From contig OZ257154.1 in NCBI GenBank assembly GCA_965279325.1, positions 5,128,988 through 5,192,987 on the forward strand: a DNA stretch of 64,000 bases, written 5' to 3'. Shown here in pieces: positions 37,483 to 50,795 of the stretch (positions within the stretch are counted from its first letter, which is position 1; each line of letters begins with the position of its first letter). This DNA comes from Burkholderiales bacterium (GTDB lineage Bacteria; Pseudomonadota; Gammaproteobacteria; Burkholderiales; Ga0077523). A model generated the notes under the pieces. It was not told the origin of the DNA. It made no database searches and saw only the letters and a program-made list of their open reading frames with translations. Both the position numbers and the translations under genes were made by a program.

Positions 37483-38715
37483 CTACAGGAGCTGGGCGGC
37501 GCCCAGGCCCTGCTGGATCGCGGGCACGTAGTCGTCGAGCTCGGCACGCGTGGCAGGGTCCGTCAGATCTACGGTCCGGCCCCGTTCGGCCGACAGGTAG
37601 CTCGCCATCACGAGACGCTGGATCTCCAGCCCGTACTCCCAGTTCAGCATGGCGTCGCGGCCGGCCGTGAAGGCTTCGAGCATGTCGCGGTTCTCGTCGG
37701 TATAGCCGTAGAGGTCCGCCTCGTTGTACTGCACCGCGAGCAGGCCGCGGCTGGCGGTGGCCTTCTCCAGCGCGCTTTCCTGGTTGGCGATGGCTTCGGC
37801 GGCCGCGTCACCGATGAATACGTTGAGCGGCGATACCAGCGTGTTGATCTCGAAGGCGTAGCCCGGTCCCATGCCATCCATGAACAGGCGCAGGCCCTGC
37901 TTCTCGAACATCCATGAATCCGTGAACTGGGATTTCACGATCTGCCCGGTCTCGGGATTGCGATAGGTGACCATGCCGGTGGCGAAATCCTCTGCCGGCG
38001 TCTTGGAGTAGTCGACGCCACGGTCCTTCAGCAGTTTTGCGCGCCATTTGGGCTGGCCCCACTTGAGCAGGCCGAGGTCGGCGCTGACCGATTGCGGCTG
38101 CAGGAACAGCAGGTCCTTGTCCGGCGGCGTGAGCACGTAGCGGCCGACCGCAATGCTGTGGCAACCCATGTCGAGGAGCACGCCGCCGCCCTGGCGCGTG
38201 GGATCCCAGAACCACGGTTCGTGCGGTCCGCCGTGTTCCTCCGCCGAACGCGTCAACGTCAGCGGACCCATGGTGCGGGCGACCGGCAGGAGCTGCTCGC
38301 GCTGGGTGTGGATCGACTTCATGAAGATCTGGTTCTCGAAATACGCAGTCTTCAGTCGAGCCTCGCGCGCGAGCGCCACGATGCGGCTCGCCTCCTTCAT
38401 GTTGCGGCCGAGCGGCTTCTCGACGATCACGCCCTTCAGCTTCGCGCCCGCCTTCACGGCGGCCGCGATGGCTTCCATGACCTCGACCCGCGCGTAGTTC
38501 GGCGCGTAGATCGCGATCGCGTCGACGTGCTTCGCCATCTCGCCGATCGTGTCGAAGACTTTCGCCTCGCCCAACCGATGATCGCGACACCACGCGGAGA
38601 GCTTGTCGGCGCCGCTGCGCTTCAGGATGCCGGCGATCTCGAGACCGCGGACCTGCTGGATGGCCACTGCCTGGAATTGCGCGACGAAGCCCGCGCCGAT
38701 GAACCCGAGTCTCAT
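37483..38715 (-). CDS. Gfo/Idh/MocA oxidoreductase
   Basis: [12 protein letters not shown] and [11 protein letters not shown] motifs. Confidence 0.9.
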   Translation of the reverse strand: MRLGFIGAGFVAQFQAVAIQQVRGLEIAGILKRSGADKLSAWCRDHRLGEAKVFDTIGEMAKHVDAIAIYAPNYARVEVMEAIAAAVKAGAKLKGVIVEKPLGRNMKEASRIVALAREARLKTAYFENQIFMKSIHTQREQLLPVARTMGPLTLTRSAEEHGGPHEPWFWDPTRQGGGVLLDMGCHSIAVGRYVLTPPDKDLLFLQPQSVSADLGLLKWGQPKWRAKLLKDRGVDYSKTPAEDFATGMVTYRNPETGQIVKSQFTDSWMFEKQGLRLFMDGMGPGYAFEINTLVSPLNVFIGDAAAEAIANQESALEKATASRGLLAVQYNEADLYGYTDENRDMLEAFTAGRDAMLNWEYGLEIQRLVMASYLSAERGRTVDLTDPATRAELDDYVPAIQQGLGAAQLL

Positions 38716-38819
38716 GTCGTCCTCCCCGAAGGTGCCTGCATTGTCGGCGGAGCGCGGCGCGAAGGGAAGCGGGCGGGTGTATGGTGCGGGCTCTCTCGCC
38801 ACCGCGGAAAGGCTTGCGC

Positions 38820-39698
38820 ATGACCACGAATCGTTCCGGCAAGACACGGCCTGCCGCGCGCGGCCAGGCGCCGCGCCGGTTGATGCCCGTGCCGTCGCTG
38901 TCGTTCGGGAGCGCTATCAACGCCGTTCCCATCGTGGAGGACACGCTGCGGACGGTCCAGGTGATCTGGTTCGCGGCGGCCCTCGAGCAGGGCCGCCTGT
39001 TCGACGTGGTCGACCAGCTCGTCATGCAGTTCCGCACCAGCCTGCTGCCGGTGCGCAAGGGGAGTGCGAGCGCACTCCTGTACGAGTACTGGCAGGAGCG
39101 CGACGAGCGCCTGCCGGCAAAGGAGCGAAGCCGCCTGTATGCGCGCGTATTCGGTATCGGCGGCCGGCTGGCCGGTGGCGTCGTGCCGAACCGGGCGTTG
39201 CCCGAGCTCTGGCTTGCCTTCGTCGCGGCGGTCGGCGCGGGCCGGCCGGCCACGACGTCACGCACCGCGTTGCTGGAAAACTCCACGATTCGAGCCGCCG
39301 CGCGAGCACTGGCCGCGAACCTGATCCGCTACGGCGCGGGCACGGCGCGGTCTGCTGCATCGCTCCATGAGCACATCCAGCAGGCGTTGGCGTTGCTCGC
39401 CGACCCGGACGTGCGCAGCGCCTACGGGGCGCGCGACGCCTGGCAACTGGTCGATCGAATCGCCGTCCAGTATCTGGGCGGCGCGCGGCAGTCCACCCGC
39501 TATCGCACGCTGGCCAATTCGGGCAGTACGATCCTCGCGTGGCTTGCTCGCAATGCCGGGCGCCTGAACGGCGAGGCACCGAGCGGGGAACTGCGACCGT
39601 ACCCGACCGATGCCGAACTGGTGGCCGCAGTGGAGGCGTGGCTTGCGGCGACGGACGAAAACGAGGACGAGAACGAGGACGACAAGGACGACGCCTGA
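38820..39698 (+). CDS. Hypothetical alpha-helical protein with an acidic tail
   Basis: Long ORF with GC3-biased codons in an otherwise empty gap; start uncertain. Confidence 0.7.
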   Translation: MTTNRSGKTRPAARGQAPRRLMPVPSLSFGSAINAVPIVEDTLRTVQVIWFAAALEQGRLFDVVDQLVMQFRTSLLPVRKGSASALLYEYWQERDERLPAKERSRLYARVFGIGGRLAGGVVPNRALPELWLAFVAAVGAGRPATTSRTALLENSTIRAAARALAANLIRYGAGTARSAASLHEHIQQALALLADPDVRSAYGARDAWQLVDRIAVQYLGGARQSTRYRTLANSGSTILAWLARNAGRLNGEAPSGELRPYPTDAELVAAVEAWLAATDENEDENEDDKDDA

Positions 39699-39713
39699 AG
39701 GTGCCGCCGGGCC

Positions 39714-40559
39714 TCAGGCGGTTCTTTGCGCGACGAAACGTCCGCCGCCGAGTCCGCCGCGCTCGAATCGCTCCACGAAGAACGCGTAGGTGTCGTCCCA
39801 CTGGTGCGAGCGAGCGGAGCCGAACTTGCGTTCCGTATCCGCGCCCAGGCTGCGATACATCGCCAGGCGCTGCGTGAGGATCCGCGCCCACAGGTCGCTC
39901 AAGTCCTCGTGGTGCGAAAGCGTGCAGCCATTGGCCTCGAGCAGCGCGGCGTAGCCATCGAGGGTTTCCAGTGCCGGGAAGGCCATCTCGCTTCGCAGCC
40001 GCGCCATCTCGGCATCCGTGAGCGCGTCGCGCCGCAGGATGTCGGTGAACGCGATGACGCCGCCGGGCTTCACCACGCGCGCGCACTCGGCGACGAGGCG
40101 TGGTTTCTCGGGCACATGGCACCACGCTTCCTGCCCGATGACGACGTCGAAGCTCGCGTCCCCGAACGGCATGTCGAGTGCATTGCCGAGGCGGAACGTC
40201 ACGAGATGATCGAGATGCACGAGACTTGTGAGCCGCTGTGCGCTCTCGTGGCGGCTCGTGGTCAGGTCGAGGCCCGTCACGCGGCAGCCGATACGATGCG
40301 CTAGATAGCGCGCCGGCCCACCCATGCCACTGCAGACGTCGAGCACCGCGTGCTCGGGGCGGATGCCGGCCGCGGCGATCAGCAGGTCGTTGGCTTCGAT
40401 GCCGCCGAAGTGATCCTGGTCGTGATCCTTCAGGATCTCTTCGGTGAGCGTGCCCAGTGCCGCACCGCGAGCCTCGAGTGCGTGCAGGATCTGGTCTTCG
40501 TTGATCGGGTGGGTGTCGTAGAAGCGGACGACCGCCGGCGGTTCCGGAGCCCGATTCAA
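39714..40559 (-). CDS. Class I SAM-dependent methyltransferase
   Basis: DQDHFGG, VLDVCSGMGG, SFDVV and VKPGG motifs; TTG start overlaps the upstream stop. Confidence 0.85.
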   Translation of the reverse strand: MNRAPEPPAVVRFYDTHPINEDQILHALEARGAALGTLTEEILKDHDQDHFGGIEANDLLIAAAGIRPEHAVLDVCSGMGGPARYLAHRIGCRVTGLDLTTSRHESAQRLTSLVHLDHLVTFRLGNALDMPFGDASFDVVIGQEAWCHVPEKPRLVAECARVVKPGGVIAFTDILRRDALTDAEMARLRSEMAFPALETLDGYAALLEANGCTLSHHEDLSDLWARILTQRLAMYRSLGADTERKFGSARSHQWDDTYAFFVERFERGGLGGGRFVAQRTA

Positions 40560-41524
40560 TTCGGTATGCCGCTTGCCAGCATCTCCAGCCGGTGGCTCGC
40601 GTGGCCTACGCGCAGGATGATCGCGTCGAGCCGATCGGCGAGGCCGAGCGCTTCCAGCGCCGCGGTCACCGGCTCGGTCGCGTGGCCGAAGCAGCCGAGC
40701 GGATAGTCGCCCGGCGCTTTCACTTCCACGCCTTCGTGCGCGAGGATGCCTTCGTGCAGGTGGTCGGCGACGTAGACCACCAGCGCCGAGGCGAGTGCGC
40801 GCGGATTCAGCCCCGCGTGATGGGTGCCGGCAATCTGCACCAGTTCGCCGGGTGCCTGCCAGCGCCGCAGCAAGGCTGCGCCGACGCCTGAGTGGGCGAC
40901 GACGAAGCGGTCGTACAGCGGCGTGCCGAGTGCGTAGCCGGCGCGGACGAAGCGGGCCATGGCGGCCGGCTGCGCCCAGCAAAGGGCGAGGGTGCCCACG
41001 TCATGCAGCATGCCGCCGGCGTAGGCGACGTTCGGATCCACGTCGCCGCTGAGCATCTGCGCGATCTCGCGGGCGCAGAAGCCGGTCATCAGGTATTCGA
41101 GCCACAGGGTGCGCACCAGGCGATCGTCCACGAGCGCCGCGCCGTGCCGCACCCACAGGCCGAACAGCTGGGCCTGGCAGACCTCCATGGTGAGGTCGAT
41201 GCCCAGCCGCAGCACGGAGCCCGGCACGTCCATCAGCGGCCTGCCGGGCACGCCGAAACGTGCGGAGTTGGCCACGCCGAGCACACGGGCGGTCAACACC
41301 GGATCGCTCTCGATGATCTCGGTCAGGTCGTGCCCGGCGGAATCGGCGTTCGTGTCGAGCGAGAGCAGCTTGAATGCGAGCGGCGAGGGCGGGGGCATGG
41401 TCCGCTCCTGGTCCGCGAGCGCGCTCCAGCCTTCGAAGAGGGTCTCGAGTTGGCGCGCATCTTCGTCGGTCAGCGGGGACGGCAAGGAAGCGGTGGTATC
41501 GACGTCGTGGTCGGCTAGGCTCAT
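40556..41524 (-). CDS. HDOD domain protein
   Basis: IESDPVLTARVLGVANS and GGMLHDVG motifs. Confidence 0.87.
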   Translation of the reverse strand: MSLADHDVDTTASLPSPLTDEDARQLETLFEGWSALADQERTMPPPSPLAFKLLSLDTNADSAGHDLTEIIESDPVLTARVLGVANSARFGVPGRPLMDVPGSVLRLGIDLTMEVCQAQLFGLWVRHGAALVDDRLVRTLWLEYLMTGFCAREIAQMLSGDVDPNVAYAGGMLHDVGTLALCWAQPAAMARFVRAGYALGTPLYDRFVVAHSGVGAALLRRWQAPGELVQIAGTHHAGLNPRALASALVVYVADHLHEGILAHEGVEVKAPGDYPLGCFGHATEPVTAALEALGLADRLDAIILRVGHASHRLEMLASGIPN

Positions 41525-41544
41525 GGCGGGACCTCGCGTGGGAT

Positions 41545-42945
<1,401 letters not shown>

Positions 42946-43003
42946 TTATCGGAAAGGCACCCGCGGCCCTTACTTCGTGCGATCGACTTCGTACAATCGG
43001 CGC

Positions 43004-43582
43004 ATGAACCTGGACCGTCTCCTGCGCGAAGCCCGCGCCTGCACCGTGTGCGCGGCGCACCTGCCGCATCCGCCGCGCCCGGTGATGCGCCTGGCCACGA
43101 CTGCGCGCCTGCTCATCGTGGGTCAGGCACCCGGACGGCGCGTCCACGAGAGCGGCATCCCATGGAACGACCCCTCCGGCGACCGTTTGCGCGACTGGCT
43201 CCAGCTCGCACCGGACGAGTTCTACGATACGACGCGAGTGGCGATCCTGCCGGTCGGCCTGTGCTACCCCGGCACCGTGGCGGGTGCGGACCTGCCGCCG
43301 CGACCGGAGTGCGCGGCGCTGTGGCATCCGAAGCTGGTGCCGCAGCTGAAGCACGTGAACCTCACCTTGCTGGTCGGCAGCTATGCGCAGGCGTATTACC
43401 TGGGCGCTCGGCGCAAACGCGGGTTGACGGAAACGGTCAGCGCATTTCGCGAATACCTGCCGCAGTACCTGCCGCTGCCGCACCCGAGCTGGCGCAACGG
43501 CGGCTGGCTCAGGCGCCACCCCTGGTTCGGCGAGGATCTGCTGCCTGAATTGCGGCTTCTGTTGCGCAGCGCACTGAACTGA
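43004..43582 (+). CDS. Uracil-DNA glycosylase family protein
   Basis: GQAPG, DLPPRPEC and PHPS motifs. Confidence 0.88.
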   Translation: MNLDRLLREARACTVCAAHLPHPPRPVMRLATTARLLIVGQAPGRRVHESGIPWNDPSGDRLRDWLQLAPDEFYDTTRVAILPVGLCYPGTVAGADLPPRPECAALWHPKLVPQLKHVNLTLLVGSYAQAYYLGARRKRGLTETVSAFREYLPQYLPLPHPSWRNGGWLRRHPWFGEDLLPELRLLLRSALN

Positions 43583-43648
43583 ACGTCGCCGCGCACTGCT
43601 GCGCTGCTATACTCGCGGCCTTTTTTCGAACGATCGAGCAGGCCCCGA

Positions 43649-44257
43649 ATGAAGCTCATCGGCACCCTGGGCAGTCCGTACACCCGCAAGGTGCGCGTGG
43701 TGTTCGCCGAAAAACGCATCGACTACGACTTCGAGGTGCACAGCCCCTCGGAGCCCGGCTCGCCGGTCCTCGAATTCAACCCGCTCGGCAAGGTGCCGGT
43801 GCTGGTGCTGGACGACGGCACCACGATCTTCGATTCGCGTGTGATCGTCGAGTACCTCGACGGCGTGTCGCCCGTGGCCCGGCTGATTCCCGAGACCAGC
43901 CGGCAGCGCATCCAGGTGCGGCGCTGGGAGGCGCTCGCCGACGGCATCCTCGATGCGGCGGTGTCGACCGTCTACGAAGGCCGCCGGGCGAAGCCGAACC
44001 AGAGCATGGAATGGATCGAGCGGCAGATGGGCAAGGTCGACTCTGCGCTCGAGCACGCGGCCGCCGAGCTCGAGGAGCGGCCCTGGTGCTACGACGAGGG
44101 CTTCACGCTGGCCGACATCGCACTCGGATGTGCGCTGGGGTATCTCGATTTCCGCTTCCCCGCGATTCCCTGGCGCACGGCGTACCCGAATCTCGATCGG
44201 CACGCCGCGAAGCTGTTCAAGCGACCGAGTTTCGAGGCCAGCGTTCCGGTCGGCTGA
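43649..44257 (+). CDS. Glutathione S-transferase family protein
   Basis: SPYTRKV, NPLGKVP, DSRVI and TLADI motifs. Confidence 0.92.
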   Translation: MKLIGTLGSPYTRKVRVVFAEKRIDYDFEVHSPSEPGSPVLEFNPLGKVPVLVLDDGTTIFDSRVIVEYLDGVSPVARLIPETSRQRIQVRRWEALADGILDAAVSTVYEGRRAKPNQSMEWIERQMGKVDSALEHAAAELEERPWCYDEGFTLADIALGCALGYLDFRFPAIPWRTAYPNLDRHAAKLFKRPSFEASVPVG

Positions 44258-44260
44258 CCC

Positions 44261-45358
44261 TCAGGCTGCCTGCGGCAGCGCGACGTCAGTCACGGCGCGC
44301 TCGATGACGCCGCCGCCGAGACACACCTGGCCGTCGTAGATCACCACCGACTGCCCGGGGGTGATGGCCCATTGGGGCGTGTCGAACGCCACCTCGATGC
44401 CGTTCGGCGTCGATCGCAGCCGGCACGGCGCATCCGCCTGCCGATAGCGGGTCTTGGCCGTGTAGGCCCGGTCCGCGCGCGGTAGTTCGGCAGCGACCCA
44501 GCTCAGGTCGGACGCGACGAGTGCCGGCGCCTTGAGCGATGGGTGCTCATGCCCCTGGACGACGATCAGTCGGTTGGCCGTGAGATCCTTGGCCGCGACG
44601 TACCAGGGCAGGCCGTCGCCGCCGATGCCGAGCCCCTGGCGCTGGCCGATGGTGTAGTACATGAGGCCCATGTGCGTGCCGACCACGCGTCCCTCGAGCG
44701 TTACCATCTCGCCCGGCTCGCGCGGCAGATACCGGTTGAGGAACTCGCGGAACGGCCGCTCGCCGATGAAGCAGATGCCGGTCGAATCCTTCTTGGCGTG
44801 ATTCGGCAGGCCCAGCTTCGCGGCCAGTGTGCGCACGTCGCGCTTCAGCAGGCCGGCCAGCGGAAACAGGGTCCGCGCGAGCTGCGCCTGGACCAGTCGG
44901 TGCAGGAAGTAGCTCTGGTCCTTCGAGGCATCGGCGGCCTTGAGCAGCTCGAAGCGGCCGTCGAGTTCGTGCACGCCGGCATAGTGTCCGGTGGCGATGC
45001 GCTCCGCGCCCATGGCGAGCGCATGGTCGAGGAACGCCTTGAACTTGATCTCGCTGTTGCACAGCACGTCGGGGTTGGGCGTACGTCCCGCGCGATACTC
45101 GGCGAGAAAGCTCGCGAACACGCGTTCGCGATACTCCGCCGAGAAATTCACCGCCTCCACTTCGATGCCGATGACCTCCGCCACCGAGACCGCATCGACG
45201 AGATCCTCGCGGGTGCTGCAGTACTCGTCGTCGTCATCGTCCTCCCAGTTCTTCATGAACAGGCCGATGACTTCGAAACCCTGGTCCTTGAGCAGCCAGG
45301 CGGCCACTGCGGAATCGACGCCGCCCGAGAGGCCGACCACCACGCGCCGTGCGCTCAT
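44261..45358 (-). CDS. mnmA: tRNA 2-thiouridylase
   Basis: [20 protein letters not shown] and KKDSTGICF motifs. Confidence 0.97.
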   Translation of the reverse strand: MSARRVVVGLSGGVDSAVAAWLLKDQGFEVIGLFMKNWEDDDDDEYCSTREDLVDAVSVAEVIGIEVEAVNFSAEYRERVFASFLAEYRAGRTPNPDVLCNSEIKFKAFLDHALAMGAERIATGHYAGVHELDGRFELLKAADASKDQSYFLHRLVQAQLARTLFPLAGLLKRDVRTLAAKLGLPNHAKKDSTGICFIGERPFREFLNRYLPREPGEMVTLEGRVVGTHMGLMYYTIGQRQGLGIGGDGLPWYVAAKDLTANRLIVVQGHEHPSLKAPALVASDLSWVAAELPRADRAYTAKTRYRQADAPCRLRSTPNGIEVAFDTPQWAITPGQSVVIYDGQVCLGGGVIERAVTDVALPQAA

Positions 45359-45894
45359 CGCGGCGAGGCTCCCTGCTTCCACGCGGCCAGCGGCATCACG
45401 ACGGCCGGATAGCCATTGCGCCGGAACCACGTGTCCACCGCGTACTCGGTGCCGGTGCCGCGATCGCGAATGGTCGCCGTCCAGTGGGCGACCACGAAGT
45501 AGTTCATGCGCAGCACGCGCGGACCGGTGTCGTGGAAACGCAGCCAGCCGCGGTGGCTCATGAAGGCGAGGTAGCGGGTCGCGTTGGTCGAGTGGTCGAT
45601 GCAGTCCATGCGCCCTTCGACACCGGATTCGGCATATCCGTTGCCCCCCAGGTCGGCACCCACGGGTGCGTCGGCCGAAGCGGCGCGCGCCAGCATGCCC
45701 ATCGCGAGCGAGATGGCCATTCGCTCGCTGGGCGCGTCGTCGACTTCGTCGAACACGGCAGCGGTGGCGTCGATCACGCCGGCGTCGAAGCGCACCAAGG
45801 CGCGACGCGCGCAGCCGTAGTTGTAACAGAGCTCCACCGTGGCGGGCGGGAGGGGTGCGGAAGCCAGGGCGAGGACGAGGGCTGCGACGCTCAT
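45355..45894 (-). CDS. Hypothetical exported protein with a putative Cys-His-Asp triad
   Basis: ATGA overlaps with both neighbours; [18 protein letters not shown] and YAVDTW. Confidence 0.7.
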   Translation of the reverse strand: MSVAALVLALASAPLPPATVELCYNYGCARRALVRFDAGVIDATAAVFDEVDDAPSERMAISLAMGMLARAASADAPVGADLGGNGYAESGVEGRMDCIDHSTNATRYLAFMSHRGWLRFHDTGPRVLRMNYFVVAHWTATIRDRGTGTEYAVDTWFRRNGYPAVVMPLAAWKQGASPR

Positions 45895-46343
45895 TCGATG
45901 TGCGCCAGGACCTCGAGCGGATAGCGGCGCCCGGCCAGGTAGTCGTTCACGCAGCGCATGACCAGCGGACTGCGATGCCGCGCCTGTTCGGCGCGCAACT
46001 CCTCCGGCGTCAACCACAGGGCCCGCAGGATGCCTCGATCGAGCACGCGGTCGGCCTCGTGGTCGATGATCGGTCCGGTGAAAGCGAAGCGCAGGTACAC
46101 GATGCCGGAAGGATGCTGCCAGCGATACACGCCGATCAGGTGGCGCGGCTCGAAGCGGTAGGCCGTTTCCTCCAGCGCCTCCCGCACCGTGCCGGCGATG
46201 ATGGTTTCATCGGCCTCGAGATGTCCCGCAGGCTGATTGAGGCGCCGCCCGTCGTCGGTTTCCTCCTCCACGAGGAGCAAGCGACCGTCCCGCTCGATGA
46301 CGGCAGCGACGGTGACGTGCGGTTTCCAGATGGAATCGTTCAT
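45891..46343 (-). CDS. nudJ: NUDIX phosphatase, NudJ-like
   Basis: [15 protein letters not shown]...REALEET and RSPLV motifs; synteny with mnmA. Confidence 0.85.
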   Translation of the reverse strand: MNDSIWKPHVTVAAVIERDGRLLLVEEETDDGRRLNQPAGHLEADETIIAGTVREALEETAYRFEPRHLIGVYRWQHPSGIVYLRFAFTGPIIDHEADRVLDRGILRALWLTPEELRAEQARHRSPLVMRCVNDYLAGRRYPLEVLAHIE

Positions 46344-46485
46344 GGCCGGAATGAAGCGGACCCCACGTTCCCGCGTTTGCAGCCCCCGGAGTGCGCAGAC
46401 CTCGCGCTGGGCGGTCCGGCGGGTTCAACCGCATGAAAGTCCACCCGCAAGAATACCGGCCGGGTGCGAGTGTCGTCAAAAGGCG

Positions 46486-46517
46486 AAAAAAAGGCAGGGC
46501 ACGAAGCCCTGCCTTTT
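46486..46517 (-). terminator. Intrinsic terminator after the small-protein gene
   Basis: AAAAGGCAGGGC-acgaa-GCCCTGCCTTTT with an A7 flank. Confidence 0.8.
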
Positions 46518-46538
46518 CCACTTGCGAGAAGAACCGGA

Positions 46539-46652
46539 TTACTTCTTCTTTTCTTCCTTCTTCGGCTCTTCCTTCTTGTCTTCCGCGAAAGCCATGGAGC
46601 CGGCGGAAATGGCGAACACGCCGACCAGGATAGCAGCGAGCAGTTTTTGCAT
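46539..46652 (-). CDS. 37-aa secreted small protein
   Basis: MQKLLAAILVGVFAISAGSMAFA|EDKKEEPKKEEKKK; GGAGA RBS; own terminator. Confidence 0.72.
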   Translation of the reverse strand: MQKLLAAILVGVFAISAGSMAFAEDKKEEPKKEEKKK

Positions 46653-46750
46653 GATCAATCTCCGATTGGTTATGACAACACGACGCATGGAATCGCGTCG
46701 AGTGCGGAAACGACGGATGCAGGGTCCGCGTTGACCTGGAGATGCGAAAT

Positions 46751-47302
46751 TTATCGTCTGGGAAAGGCGACATCGCGCCAGGTGCCGGGCGCAAGTTCGT
46801 CGAGACTCCAGGGGCCGATCCGCTGGCGGACGAGACGCAAGGTCGGCAGTCCCACGGCGGCCGTCATGCGACGCACCTGCCGATTCTTCCCTTCCGTGAG
46901 GATCAGTTCGAGCCAGGCGGTCGGAATATCGCGGCGCGTACGAATGGGAGGGTCGCGCGGCCACAGGCCCGGTGGCTCGTCGATGAACCTGGCGTCGACC
47001 TGGCGCGTTGGTCCGTCCTTCAGCACGACGCCGTGGCGCAACCGGTCGAGCGCGTCTTCGTCCGGAACGCCTTCCACCTGGACCCAGTAGGTCTTCGGTT
47101 GCTTGTGGCGCGGGTCGGCGAGCCGTGCCTGCAACGCGCCATCGTCGGTGAGGACGAGCAGGCCCTCGCTGTCGGCATCGAGGCGCCCGGCGGCATAGAC
47201 GCCCGGCACGTCGATGTAGTCCTTCAGGGTGCGCTTGCCAGCCTCGCTCGTGAACTGGCTGAGCACCCCGAAGGGTTTGTTGAACAGGATCACGCGCGGC
47301 AC
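46751..47302 (-). CDS. rluE: 23S rRNA pseudouridine synthase E
   Basis: [17 protein letters not shown] and [10 protein letters not shown] motifs; start approximate. Confidence 0.88.
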   Translation of the reverse strand: MPRVILFNKPFGVLSQFTSEAGKRTLKDYIDVPGVYAAGRLDADSEGLLVLTDDGALQARLADPRHKQPKTYWVQVEGVPDEDALDRLRHGVVLKDGPTRQVDARFIDEPPGLWPRDPPIRTRRDIPTAWLELILTEGKNRQVRRMTAAVGLPTLRLVRQRIGPWSLDELAPGTWRDVAFPRR

Positions 47303-47335
47303 GGGTTCGGGCGACGTCGCAGTTCCTGGCGTGCA

Positions 47336-47427
47336 GCCCCCATCCCCGCCTTCCCCCACCACAGGTGGGGGAAGGAGCGGTACGTCCCTTCCTCCGGCTC
47401 GAGCCGGGGGAAGGTCAGGATGGGGGC
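47336..47427. repeat. REP-like palindrome cluster 4
   Basis: Two inverted units of the same family as clusters 1-3. Confidence 0.72.
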
Positions 47428-47446
47428 ACTTCGAAGAAGCGGGTGC

Positions 47447-49063
47447 TCAACGATGTTCGTGCTCGATGATCCAGTCGTAGGCGGGCAGCGTCAGGAAGTC
47501 GGCGAAGTCCTCGGCGAGCGTGAGCTGCTCGAACATCTTCGCGCCTTCCTCGTAGCGCCCGGCATTCCAGCCCTTGTCGCCGAGCATTTCCTTCACCTTG
47601 CCGAGTTCCTGCGGCACCAGCGAGGAGAAGAGTTCGCGCGTGATCTTGCGGCCGTCGTCGAGCACGCCCTTCGGGCTGCGGATCCAGTGCCAGATCTGCG
47701 CGCGCGAGATCTCTGCGGTGGCGGCGTCTTCCATCAGGTTGAAGATCGGCACGCAGCCGGTGCCGGCCAGCCACGCGCCCATGTACTGGATGCCGATGTT
47801 GATGTTGATGCGCAGGCCGTTCTCGGTGATCGGTCCCTTGGGCTGGAAGTCGACCAGGTCCTTCGCGCTCACCTTGACGTCGTCGCGCTGGCGCGAAATC
47901 TGGTTCGGCGTCTTCATGACCTTGTCGAACTCCTCCTTCGCGATCGGCACGAGACCTGGGTGCGCGACCCAGGTGCCGTCATGGCCGTCGCTCGCTTCGC
48001 GGCTCTTGTCGGCCCGGACCTTGGCGATGGCCGCGTCGTTCGCGGCCGGATCGTTCTTGATCGGAATCTGCGCGGCCATGCCGCCCATGGCGAAGGTGCC
48101 GCGCTTGTGGCAGGTCTTGATCAGCAGCAGCGAGTAGGCACGCATGAACGGGCTCGTCATGGTCACGAGCCCGCGATCGGCGAGGATGAACTCGGGCTGC
48201 TTCTTGAACTTCTTGATGCAGGAGAAGATGTAGTCCCAGCGGCCGCAGTTGAGTCCGGCCGAGTGCTCGCGCAGTTCGTACAGGATCTCTTCCATTTCGA
48301 ACGCGCCGAGAATGGTTTCGATCAGCACCGTCGCCTTCACCGAACCTTGCGGCACGCCGAGCGTTTCCTGCGCGAGCACGAACGCGTCGTTCCAGAGACG
48401 TGCCTCGAGGTGGCTTTCCATCTTGGGGAGGTAGAGATAGATGCCCGAGCGCTTCTTCACGCGGTCCTTCGCGTTGTGGAAGAAATACAGGCCGAAGTCG
48501 AACAGCCCGCCCGAGACCGCCTGGCCATCCACCTTGAGGTGCTTCTCCTCGAGATGCCAGCCGCGCGGACGCACCAGTAACGTGGCGACCTTCTCGTTCA
48601 GGCGGTACTGCTTGCCATCCGGGTTGCTGAAGGTGATGGTGCCCGCGAGCGCATCGCGCATGTTGATCTGGCCGCGGATCTGGTTCTCCCACGTGGGCGT
48701 GCTCGAATCCTCGAAATCCGCCATGAACATGCTGGCGCCGGAGTTGAGCGCGTTGATCACCATCTTGCGATCGGTGGGGCCGGTGATCTCCACGCGGCGG
48801 TCCTGGAGGTCCGCCGGAACCGGTGCCACCTGCCATTCGCCGTCGCGGATGTGCTGCGTCTCGGGCAGGAAATCGGGGAGGCGACCGGCATCGATCTCGA
48901 TCTGCCGGGCCTTGCGCCGCTCGAGCAGTTCGAGCCGGCGGGCGTTCAGGGAGCGGTGCAGTTTCGCGACGAAGCCGACGGCTTCAGGGGTAAGGATCGA
49001 GGCGAATTCGGACGGGACCGGCGCGAGGACTTCGATGCCGGCGCCGTAGTTCTGGGTGCTCAT
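47447..49063 (-). CDS. aceB: Malate synthase A
   Basis: DRRVEITGP, RPRGWHL, LNCGRWDY and MEDAATAEI motifs. Confidence 0.96.
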   Translation of the reverse strand: MSTQNYGAGIEVLAPVPSEFASILTPEAVGFVAKLHRSLNARRLELLERRKARQIEIDAGRLPDFLPETQHIRDGEWQVAPVPADLQDRRVEITGPTDRKMVINALNSGASMFMADFEDSSTPTWENQIRGQINMRDALAGTITFSNPDGKQYRLNEKVATLLVRPRGWHLEEKHLKVDGQAVSGGLFDFGLYFFHNAKDRVKKRSGIYLYLPKMESHLEARLWNDAFVLAQETLGVPQGSVKATVLIETILGAFEMEEILYELREHSAGLNCGRWDYIFSCIKKFKKQPEFILADRGLVTMTSPFMRAYSLLLIKTCHKRGTFAMGGMAAQIPIKNDPAANDAAIAKVRADKSREASDGHDGTWVAHPGLVPIAKEEFDKVMKTPNQISRQRDDVKVSAKDLVDFQPKGPITENGLRININIGIQYMGAWLAGTGCVPIFNLMEDAATAEISRAQIWHWIRSPKGVLDDGRKITRELFSSLVPQELGKVKEMLGDKGWNAGRYEEGAKMFEQLTLAEDFADFLTLPAYDWIIEHEHR

Positions 49064-49200
49064 GGGGATCTCCGGAATTGCACGTCTGGACGGGGTAACA
49101 GCAGAGGTAACAGTGAGGGTGGCAGCGGGATGCCGCGTGCTCGGCAATTGCGCATTATGGCATCGGGTTTTCCCAATTGGCATTCCCGGATGTCCGGCAC

Positions 49201-49238
49201 AAAAAAACCGCCCGGGAGCGATGCGCTCGCGGGCGGTT
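49201..49238 (-). terminator. Intrinsic terminator after aceA
   Basis: AACCGCCCG..GAGCG/CGCTC..CGGGCGGTT stem with an A7 flank. Confidence 0.75.
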
Positions 49239-49261
49239 CGATCGGTCGGAGTCGGAAGGCG

Positions 49262-50539
<1,278 letters not shown>

Positions 50540-50795
50540 GTTGGCGTTCCTCTGTGATGATGAAGAGATCTGGTGCCGGGGCGGGCGTCGGGACTACCCC
50601 CGGGGCCGCATTGGAGCCACGGCCGGGCCGATTCCACAGGGCCGGCCGGAGGTCGATTCCGGCCGACCGGAGGAGAAGGCGCTTTGGCGCCTGCCCCGGT
50701 AAGCACCCGAGCAGTGATGACCGCGTCGAGGATTGTGTGCTCCAGAGGCTATACCGACGGGATTGCGCGGTGCAACAATCCGTTGAGAATACCCT

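Noticed and set aside
50597-50672. tRNA gene upstream of aceA
   Set aside because: T-loop-like motif only; loop sizes, anticodon arm and acceptor/CCA end are non-canonical. Kept as a structure finding.
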